Source of the DNA: a virus
Taxonomy: Duplodnaviria > Caudoviricetes
DNA: 64,000 nt
Direction: 5' to 3' (one strand)
IMG/VR virus record: IMGVR_UViG_3300027419_000030
Span: 5,062 to 69,061 of that record
Shown here piece by piece: positions 39,901 to 47,633 of this stretch. The first letter of the stretch is position 1, and each line of letters begins with the position of its first letter. A model generated the notes under the pieces. That model was not told where the DNA came from, did no database searches, and was given only the letters and a program-made list of their open reading frames with translations. The position numbers were made by a program, and so were the translations under genes.

Positions 39901-41356
39901 AACAAATGCACTGGAAGAAATGAAGAAACTGGATACACAAGGTGCAGTTTCGATACCAACGACAAGTGTAAGTGGTGCAACAAGGGCAATTTCTGGTGCG
40001 GAACTGGAATTAGTGAATATAATGCCAGAAAACGTGGCAGATAAGATAGTTAGATACAGCGGAACAAGCGAATTACGAAAGATAAACAACGTAGAAGACA
40101 TAGCAAAACTGAATGTAGACGAAATAAACTATCTAACAACTGAAAAAGGAATAACAAAGTCAGATTTAGAGAAATATATAACGAAAGCAAAAGAAATATT
40201 GAATCCTACAGAAGCAGTAACAAAAATAGAAGATTACACTAAAACAACAGACTTGTATAAGAGATGGAACACCGTAGAAGAACAGAAAATGAAAGAATTT
40301 GGAATAACACAAACAGAAACAAGTAAACTGAACGATAAAGGAGAACAAGTAATAGAACTACAATACGAATTTGATACAAAGACAATAAATACGCTAACAG
40401 ATAAAGAATTCACTTCACTAATGAGAAATAATAGATCACTACTGACACAGGTGATGGAACAATCGGATTTAGCAGAAATAGAAAAATTGGGAATATCCAC
40501 TAAGAGAAAAGCAGAAATCAAAGCAGAATTTTGGAATGAATTAACTGGAACTATAGAAAAGATGGAAAAAGCAAAGCTTGTTGCACCATCTTCAGATATT
40601 AACGAATTATACGAAATACGAACAGCATTAATGAACAACAAAGAAGCAATCGAGCTAACTTATGCAAAACAACTGAAAGAAGAAGGAAAAGCAACGGTAG
40701 AAACACTATCTTCAGTAAAAAGAGCAAGAGAAGCAGTAAACAACGTAGACGAACTGATAGAAATAAAGAAAACGCAGATAGAAAAAGCAACTACGCCAGT
40801 GATAGAAATAGAACAAATAAAAGAAGCACTGAAACCAGGAAAAGCAACACCAAAAGAAGCAGCAACAAATGCGATTGCACAATTAAAGAAAGGAAATATA
40901 GAAGATGCAGCAAAAGCTCTAGCGGAATCAAGTACACACAAGCAAACGATACTTTTAGCAGGAAAAAACACAGATACTTATGCAGACACTAGTGTGACGA
41001 AGATACTTAGAATGACAAATGAAGGAGCACCAGAAACTTTAGTAAACCAAATGGCAAAAGAAAGATCACAATACGCATTAGAAACACTTTCAAAGAAGAG
41101 TAACGACATGAAAAAGACGGCATTCAAGATTTCAGAAGGAATGCAGTTGAACTCGGACGAGTTAAAAGCACTTTGGAAGCCAGAAAATAGAGAATTGGCA
41201 TTCGATGCAATGTGGCATGAGAAAAATCCTACTTCATTGACAGACGAATTAGTAAGAGACGCTTTAACACGGAATAACGCAGACGAATTGGCACAGTTAA
41301 AGAAAGAAATGCAAGAAGAATTGACTGCTTGCATAAATAGAGGAGAGTGTATTTAG
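36983..41356 (+). CDS. Giant (1457 aa) mostly helical protein, probable internal virion protein
   Basis: Long ORF with no enzyme motif recognised; first gene of a tightly coupled four-gene operon. Confidence 0.6.
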   Translation: MTFAFKTVENYTESIKTSSGLSNFISQAKISLDNSTYTKALNNYVASLPALSLKTINNIQVADSVSKIIEDATKGVTDITNGLKTSVVQQALSGLSYEASKQLDSIVVQYNTLTSTASVELQTQLLNDAITGISTIKTNALNIANKVITKNALETTKIIEVALTKLQTQLLKDKGYSGTVLISKMTLPEGTMYFKTEDLQKKPELLKTLLESGKITQAQLNSGGIEAKTIMEDYLTYMSKHQSESSILPVLKSETTITQANLGSEIGKSTISDEVAKGNYSTPTFGITPESFSGTAEIEGPFSENEYYWATTTKEGLKVGKVLYDGYEKTGVGAKGTLVKGDILNKLANEEKIDENNWTVVTEGTKLGEHYRLNEISDSGELLAHLVSAQTYGGEAKINSSVAVTLTKTTAEGGVKEIKVAQSVLRSNLSDYEKSGYDVSEIKNVIKTEQAAQITLDKYNESMKAAIALKTGINTGNALSIADGKITVYGQDVSYAVKPESYTMDSWTKMANSVISESPETDVISTTLKSTLSTMLNLYMDRDTKLANAGLGTQEIVNTAYTGDWSLTKVLTFWGRELYSGVGSILYGTEAISPDIALNGVYEFKTTDTGLKLANTWASEWATTGKITNNIGLTVNDAKTFVLQNADTNSLNSILKTQQHDLAVLIYNPVTQSSVIDAYGSDITKQIQNTITLTKSDIESANTDVIIYGIQEILSQNITGTPLDILITLGGGGVIGIEGDIIGKISKVSLSGASTIAKATSEISDFAKFVKDAGITISTTTDKLKISDVVSKSLLESAGVSKTLLVPTTEVGWIAKASDVGITEVLSSGKLIDWEPLSVVQDISKSFEKAVDNPINSKIFVDSLVKTDVAVVKSTLAELISIDPVAISNVIETGIKLSDEATGTVVKAILKDANSLFVDTSLAFAKEISTTAVGDSTVAGKLLFDASEILGRTPVENMVTTALEHGTENYNLITNALEEMKKLDTQGAVSIPTTSVSGATRAISGAELELVNIMPENVADKIVRYSGTSELRKINNVEDIAKLNVDEINYLTTEKGITKSDLEKYITKAKEILNPTEAVTKIEDYTKTTDLYKRWNTVEEQKMKEFGITQTETSKLNDKGEQVIELQYEFDTKTINTLTDKEFTSLMRNNRSLLTQVMEQSDLAEIEKLGISTKRKAEIKAEFWNELTGTIEKMEKAKLVAPSSDINELYEIRTALMNNKEAIELTYAKQLKEEGKATVETLSSVKRAREAVNNVDELIEIKKTQIEKATTPVIEIEQIKEALKPGKATPKEAATNAIAQLKKGNIEDAAKALAESSTHKQTILLAGKNTDTYADTSVTKILRMTNEGAPETLVNQMAKERSQYALETLSKKSNDMKKTAFKISEGMQLNSDELKALWKPENRELAFDAMWHEKNPTSLTDELVRDALTRNNADELAQLKKEMQEELTACINRGECI

Positions 41357-43849
41357 ATGGTGGGAAAATGTGATGATTTAAGAGATGCATTATCAAAACT
41401 GAGTGGAGAAGAAAAGGAAGAAGTACTGAATTACGGAAAGAACAAACTAGATGAAATTTTAAATCCACTAAGAGAATTGGAAAAGGAAGCAGCAGAAAAA
41501 ATATCAGATCCAATAAGAACAGAAGAAATAGCAAAAGAAATAACGAAATACGGTGAAGATAAAACAACGAATTCACCTGGACAAAAACTAAACGCACTAC
41601 TGACAGGAGATGCACAGGTACAATCATATTTAGGTACACTAAACACATCAGAATATGCAACATTACGTGAGCAAGTGGCAAACTGGTTCGGAGCAGAATT
41701 CGGAACTAAAGGGGCAATGGGTAGAAATTTCGAGAATGCATACAAAACACAGAGACTAAAAAACCTAGAAGCGAATTATAGAACAGTATTAGGATCGCAA
41801 ATAGATGAAATGAAATCGGCAGGATTCTTGAAAGGAGGGGATTTAACAGCAATAGACACATGGGAATCGCGAATGGATGATATAGTAAAAATAAAGAATA
41901 GTACAGCATATAAATCACTGGACGCGAGCACACGGCAGCTAGATACTGTGGATAAAGTGGATATTGCTCTATCAAAGATAGACAATACAGTAGAAGCAAC
42001 AAAATTGGCAGTAAGAGGAAATGTTTCGCCGGAAACTGAAAGAACAATAAGAGCACAATTAGAAGCGAAGAAGATAAATGAAGTAGATTTGGCGAAATGG
42101 AGAGAAGAAGCAGATTTTATACAGAGTTACGATTACTCAAAGCTAACAAGAGAAAACGCAGTAGCAGAATATGATGTAATAAAAAGAAATGTGGGACAGC
42201 CAGTAGCAGACGATATATTCAGAAGAGATGCAATAAAAGAAATACAAGACATAGATCAGGAGCTAGCGGAAACAGGAAAAGCAGAAGAAATATTGTTTGG
42301 AAAAGGACTGAATAAACAGGAAAATAGAGTAATAGATAACATAGTAAACGGAAAAGGAGTAGAAGACACAGACTTGGAAGTAATAAAAAACATATCGGAT
42401 AAGATAACAGCAGAAGGATGGGATAAAGTAAAAAGAGCATTGAGAAAAATAGACACTCTGAAAACAGAAGATAAAATACGAATAATAGGAGGAGAAAAAA
42501 ACAGTAAATCGATATTTGGATCAACAACATCGATAGTAAAGGGAGGAATGGGAGCAACAACAATAGCAGTGACGTTTTTATATGCAATACCACAATCTCT
42601 TCTATGGTTCGGAACATCTACACCAACGAACATAGCGGAAATGCAAGGATTGTATGAACAATTCAAGACAGGAGACGAAAATCCACAATCTTTGATGGAA
42701 AAGATACTATGTGAGAAATGCATAAACGATATAAATAGTTATCTAAACCATTGGAACAACTTAATGGATGAATTGCCATACAGTTTATTTTTATCGATAC
42801 CATACTACGGAGATTACATAAGAGCTTATATAGACAAGCCGATGAAAAGTAATATGGAATCAATTAACAGCAATTACAAAAGAATGTTCATAGAATTGAA
42901 GAATTTAGGACTAGTAACAGAAGATTCAAGCACACTTGGGTTTAGAGCAACAACCGAAGAAGAAAAAGAAGAATTTTATGCAGAAAATAGAAAAGCACTT
43001 TATGAGACAAAAGACGCGGATTGGATAAAGAAATATTCGAACGGAGATGAAACGAAACTTGCACCAGACGGATCTACACTCGATCAAGCAACAATGGAAG
43101 CATTATATCACTACTGGAAAGGTGACGGAACAGTAGATTATGCAACTTTAAACTTATTGAGAGGGGGGTTGGGAGATGATGCGAAAGAGTGGAAGAATAG
43201 CAAGGGAGATAAGACATTTGTAGATGAAATTTTGGCATGGGGAGATTCAAAAACGACAAAGTCTTCTGGAACTACGACGACAGGAGCAAAAACTGAAGCA
43301 GAATTGGTAGAAATTGCAGTAAAAAACGCAATGAAGCGCGATGGAATTTCAGAAGAAGCGGCTAGAAGAAATTTGGAGATAGAAATTACATATCTGAAGG
43401 AAAAGGGAGGAACAACTAGATTAGCCGCATTGGAAAAAATAACAGGAATAGGAGGATCTTCAGGAGGAATGACAGCAGCTACAGGAACTTCTACATCTTC
43501 GTCATCGGGAGAAGTAAGTTTACCTTCGGATGGAGAAAGTGTGTATGGAAGATCACTGTTGGACAAAAAGAAATACTCGGAATTGAGTTCGGGAGAAAAA
43601 GAAAAGGTAAATGCAGGGTTCACGGACGAAGAAACGGGAGAATTGCAATATGATAAGATAAAAGAAAAAGACACTACGGTAACGATGAAAGAAGTAGCAA
43701 AATCCGGTGAAGGAACGGGATTTGTGAAACCTTATGTGGAGAAAAATCTAAACTCAATGACGGCAGACGAAGTAAGAGACGCAGCAGACACGGATGCTAC
43801 GGAAACAGCAAATGCAATTCTTGAAGCTGCGTGCGGAGGTGGTAGTTAA
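41357..43849 (+). CDS. Large (830 aa) helical protein with central hydrophobic segment
   Basis: TM-like GGMGATTIAVTFLYAIPQSLLWFG; coupled. Confidence 0.6.
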   Translation: MVGKCDDLRDALSKLSGEEKEEVLNYGKNKLDEILNPLRELEKEAAEKISDPIRTEEIAKEITKYGEDKTTNSPGQKLNALLTGDAQVQSYLGTLNTSEYATLREQVANWFGAEFGTKGAMGRNFENAYKTQRLKNLEANYRTVLGSQIDEMKSAGFLKGGDLTAIDTWESRMDDIVKIKNSTAYKSLDASTRQLDTVDKVDIALSKIDNTVEATKLAVRGNVSPETERTIRAQLEAKKINEVDLAKWREEADFIQSYDYSKLTRENAVAEYDVIKRNVGQPVADDIFRRDAIKEIQDIDQELAETGKAEEILFGKGLNKQENRVIDNIVNGKGVEDTDLEVIKNISDKITAEGWDKVKRALRKIDTLKTEDKIRIIGGEKNSKSIFGSTTSIVKGGMGATTIAVTFLYAIPQSLLWFGTSTPTNIAEMQGLYEQFKTGDENPQSLMEKILCEKCINDINSYLNHWNNLMDELPYSLFLSIPYYGDYIRAYIDKPMKSNMESINSNYKRMFIELKNLGLVTEDSSTLGFRATTEEEKEEFYAENRKALYETKDADWIKKYSNGDETKLAPDGSTLDQATMEALYHYWKGDGTVDYATLNLLRGGLGDDAKEWKNSKGDKTFVDEILAWGDSKTTKSSGTTTTGAKTEAELVEIAVKNAMKRDGISEEAARRNLEIEITYLKEKGGTTRLAALEKITGIGGSSGGMTAATGTSTSSSSGEVSLPSDGESVYGRSLLDKKKYSELSSGEKEKVNAGFTDEETGELQYDKIKEKDTTVTMKEVAKSGEGTGFVKPYVEKNLNSMTADEVRDAADTDATETANAILEAACGGGS

Positions 43850-45426
43850 TGGCATGTGCAGCAGGTGCTTACGCAAGAGCACTGAAATCTCTAACAGATA
43901 AAGGAATGTCTGATAAAGAAGCAGTAAATTTGTTGAGTAAAGGAGACAATTTCAAAGATGTGGTAGAAGAAGGAATAAAAGATGGGTCAATAGGAGCTAC
44001 GGAACTGAACGGGTTACTAACAAACTCATACACTAGCGAGAACGTAGCAGCAATGCTAGTAGAAATACAACCGAAAGAAAATTTGTTAAAAATAAAAGCA
44101 GATTTGGTGGAAAGTGGAGCATGGAAAACAATAGAAACTCAAACAGGATTTGAAGCGTGGACAAAATTGCCAGGAAAGTTTGACTGGAACAAGGCAAATG
44201 ACGATGAATATCTACTACAATACATACAAGCAGGTGATAAAGAAGCACTGAAGATAGTAGAATATGCAAAAAGTGAAGCAAAAAAAGGAAATGTAAAAAC
44301 ACTGGTAAGTTTGATAGGAGATTTGTCTAAGGCGAGCGTATCAGAAACAAAGAAACTACTAAATGATGACGCAGAATTGAAAGATCCATATGAAAAATTC
44401 TTCAGTGACTACAAAAATATAGCACAAGAAGATATATCAATAGATTCACTTTACGGAACACTATCATGGGTAGACTACACCGGAACAGAATATAAGTTTA
44501 ATGTAGTAGACAGCAACGGGAAAGTATGGTCACCAACAGAAAATGACGGAAAAGGCGGATATATAAGTCAGGAATTAATACCATCTGAATTTAAGACGCA
44601 AAGCGACTATAAAAGCGCAACATTCACATTAGATAAAGCAAAATACGCAAAAGAATTTGTTTTAGGCGTGGAAGGAAAAACTGCCGACGAAGTACAGCAG
44701 ATAATGCTAGAAAAAGGATTCCTAACAAAAGATGGGGCAGTAAACTTACTAAACGAAGATTTCTATACATGTGTAGGAACTTTATGTGGAGCACAGCAAC
44801 AAGCAGAATCAGGAGGAAACGGAAGCGGGGGAGGAGGAGAAAGCAAGAGTTACGGAAGCACAACGAAAACAGAATCAACAACTGAAGCACTGTACGTAGA
44901 ATGCGATGTGCCAGCAGCAGTGGTGATAGATAAAGGAAACGGAATGCAGTTAGGTTCGGTAAACACGACAATAACAATGAAAAAAGGAAGCTATACAATA
45001 CAGGTAAAGGCGACAGGATACAAAACAAGGGAAACTCCGGTAACAATAGGAGATTATCCTGTATCAAAGACGATGAACCTAACAAAAATAGGGCCAAGCA
45101 TCTCTACATTCATAAGAGGAATAGGAGGAATACAATATCTAACAAAAAAGAAGTATCTTTACCTGTATTGCATATACATGATGAGAATTACAAGTGCTTA
45201 TGAGTGGAAAACATTTGCTGAAACGGTAACTACGGTAGATAGTAGTGCATTACCTACAATTATTTCAAAAAATGACGTATTATATGTGTACTATTTAGCA
45301 AATGGAGATATAACTTCAGCGCAGGCACTAGTAGACGCGGGAAGTGTAACATTACTAGATGCGGATGGAGGAGAAACAGCAGAAACTGTAAATGCGGACG
45401 AAATAGGAATATCGGGAGGAATCTAA
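43849..45426 (+). CDS. 525-aa protein with PEGA domain
   Basis: PAAVVID.....G......MKKGSYTIQVKATGY; TAATG coupling. Confidence 0.6.
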   Translation: MACAAGAYARALKSLTDKGMSDKEAVNLLSKGDNFKDVVEEGIKDGSIGATELNGLLTNSYTSENVAAMLVEIQPKENLLKIKADLVESGAWKTIETQTGFEAWTKLPGKFDWNKANDDEYLLQYIQAGDKEALKIVEYAKSEAKKGNVKTLVSLIGDLSKASVSETKKLLNDDAELKDPYEKFFSDYKNIAQEDISIDSLYGTLSWVDYTGTEYKFNVVDSNGKVWSPTENDGKGGYISQELIPSEFKTQSDYKSATFTLDKAKYAKEFVLGVEGKTADEVQQIMLEKGFLTKDGAVNLLNEDFYTCVGTLCGAQQQAESGGNGSGGGGESKSYGSTTKTESTTEALYVECDVPAAVVIDKGNGMQLGSVNTTITMKKGSYTIQVKATGYKTRETPVTIGDYPVSKTMNLTKIGPSISTFIRGIGGIQYLTKKKYLYLYCIYMMRITSAYEWKTFAETVTTVDSSALPTIISKNDVLYVYYLANGDITSAQALVDAGSVTLLDADGGETAETVNADEIGISGGI

Positions 45427-46173
45427 ATGACATTATACGATTCCAGGAAAAAAACACTTGCAGAGGAATTCGGCAAAGGAACAAACAAGTGTATAACAGA
45501 TGAAAGCTGGATGCAGGCAAGTTTACAAAGCTTAAACGGAATTTTCAAGATTTATACAGAAGACATGGAATGGTTATATAGTGAGAGAGAATTTTGTGCA
45601 ACAGATGTGGAAGAAACTAAAACAGTACAAGGAGTTGTAATAAACGCAGGAGGAATAAAGGCAAATGTAACAATAGACGGAATAGTAAAAGGAACTACAG
45701 ACACAATAGTATATTTAGATGCGGGAGCATATGAAGCAACTATTTCAAAAACAGGATATGTATCACAGGACATAGCATTCGTGGTGACAGCAGGAAACTA
45801 CGATAAACAATACGTTACATTAGAAAAAGAAGCAGAAGAAACGGAAGAAGTAGAAACAACACCAATAATAGGAGCAATTTTAAGGGCAACTTTGAGAGAG
45901 GGATCTAGTACAGTACCAGAACCAGTCGTATTAGGAGACACAAACTGGTTTGGGTGGGAATTTGAAAATGTGGGAGACACCACATGGAAAGGAATGGTAG
46001 GAGTAAAAATAACGGACGAAACGGGAAACATTTTCTCGTACACCGGAGATAGCACAAAGAAACAATCAATTTTGGCAAAAGAAATAAAGAAACTATGGGT
46101 AACAACAACAGTTACAGGGATAAACGTAGACGAAGACTTAGAAATAAAAGCACTTTTGACAAAAACGGGATAA
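45427..46173 (+). CDS. PEGA plus Ig-like domain protein
   Basis: ANVTIDGIVKGTT...LDAGAYEATISKTGY; FENVGDTTWKG motif. Confidence 0.65.
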   Translation: MTLYDSRKKTLAEEFGKGTNKCITDESWMQASLQSLNGIFKIYTEDMEWLYSEREFCATDVEETKTVQGVVINAGGIKANVTIDGIVKGTTDTIVYLDAGAYEATISKTGYVSQDIAFVVTAGNYDKQYVTLEKEAEETEEVETTPIIGAILRATLREGSSTVPEPVVLGDTNWFGWEFENVGDTTWKGMVGVKITDETGNIFSYTGDSTKKQSILAKEIKKLWVTTTVTGINVDEDLEIKALLTKTG

Positions 46174-46355
46174 AACTCGTATTTATGCGGTGCGAAGGAG
46201 TAACGCACCGCATATATCGAGCGAGGGATAGCAGCCGCATCGTAAAGCAAGGAAACCAATGCGACAACAACCTAAACGTTTTTTCAGGATATAAATTTAA
46301 CTATTAGCATCAGGCGACCACAAGTATTATAAAGAAGTATTGCGAATAAGTATTC

Positions 46356-46784
46356 ATGCAACCAGAAGTGATAGCAGCAAGAAAACAGAGAAAATCGCCA
46401 AGATCGGTGATGGAACTGGAATTGGAAATATTGAAGGAACTAGAAAACAAAGATCTGAAAAAAACAGCGATAGCGGGAAAAGCGGAAATAAATTACATGT
46501 TGGCAACAAGTATATTAGAGGATATAGAAAAAAGAAAACTAATAACAAGAAATCGTGAGGATGGAATATACTCGATAACAACAAAAGGATTGCAAACAAT
46601 TGAAATAGACAAAATAGATGATGATACGAAAACGGAAATAATAACAATAGCAATGAATATGGCAGAAAAAGGAACAAGATTTGGTAAAGACTGCCAATTT
46701 TGTAAAAAAGAAAACGGGCAACATGATGAAAATTGTGAAATACGGAAGTTATGGAAATCGTTGAAAATGGGGATATATGGATGA
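46356..46784 (+). CDS. Archaeal winged-helix transcription regulator
   Basis: RSVMELELEILKEL...KKTAIAGKAEINY...L...KLI...YSITTKG. Confidence 0.7.
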   Translation: MQPEVIAARKQRKSPRSVMELELEILKELENKDLKKTAIAGKAEINYMLATSILEDIEKRKLITRNREDGIYSITTKGLQTIEIDKIDDDTKTEIITIAMNMAEKGTRFGKDCQFCKKENGQHDENCEIRKLWKSLKMGIYG

Positions 46785-46865
46785 AAATTGAAGTAGAAAC
46801 AGGAAACGTAGAAATTAAAATAAAGAAAATATTAGGAACAGAAAAAGAGAATTTGAGGTAATAGG

Positions 46866-47537
46866 ATGAGTCAGGCATTAAGAGATAAGCAAGGAAACTA
46901 CATAATAAACGGAATAAAGCACAAATCAGTTACAACTATAATTCATGAAGAGTTCCCAAGGGCAGAATTAGATGCGTGGAAAGAAAGAACGCCGGATTGG
47001 CCGGAATATTCAAGGAAAGCGAGAATTTATGGAATATTCATGCACATGCAATTGCAGGGAATGATTTCTGATATTCCGGTAGAAGTACCAGACTATTTAC
47101 CATTTTGGGAATGGCCAGAAGACATGGAAGAAGAATTGCAAGGAAGAATAGAACAATGGGAAGCACTAAACTTGGTTTTAGGCAAACCAAACTTGATAGA
47201 GCACACAATTACAATAAAAGAATACGACGATAATGGAGATTTAACGGTAGCGAGCGCAGGAACATGGGATTTTTGGGGTCCGGTGGATGGAGTAAAAGCA
47301 CTTTTGGATTGGAAATCTTCAAAGAGGCCACAAAAAGCACACAGATTACAGGCCGGAGCATATTACATAGGAGCACTGCAAGCAGGTTTAGAAGTAGAAA
47401 AATTCGTGATACCTTATATAAGAAAAAATAACGCGCAGATAGTGGAATTGATGCCAGAAGAGCTTGAAGAAGAGGGAGAAAAATTCTTGGAGCTTGCGCG
47501 GAGAGCTTATATCAAAGCAAATGCTAAGTATGCCTAA
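46866..47537 (+). CDS. PD-(D/E)XK exonuclease (phage recombination type)
   Basis: SVTTII, AGTWDF...LLDWKSS, QAGAY. Confidence 0.8.
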   Translation: MSQALRDKQGNYIINGIKHKSVTTIIHEEFPRAELDAWKERTPDWPEYSRKARIYGIFMHMQLQGMISDIPVEVPDYLPFWEWPEDMEEELQGRIEQWEALNLVLGKPNLIEHTITIKEYDDNGDLTVASAGTWDFWGPVDGVKALLDWKSSKRPQKAHRLQAGAYYIGALQAGLEVEKFVIPYIRKNNAQIVELMPEELEEEGEKFLELARRAYIKANAKYA

Positions 47538-47633
47538 TGTACATTTTTGAGAGAATAAAAGAAGAATCGAGTTGCAGCGACGTTACCAGCGCCGAAGCAA
47601 CTGAACTAACCACCAAGACAGGGGAACTATCGA

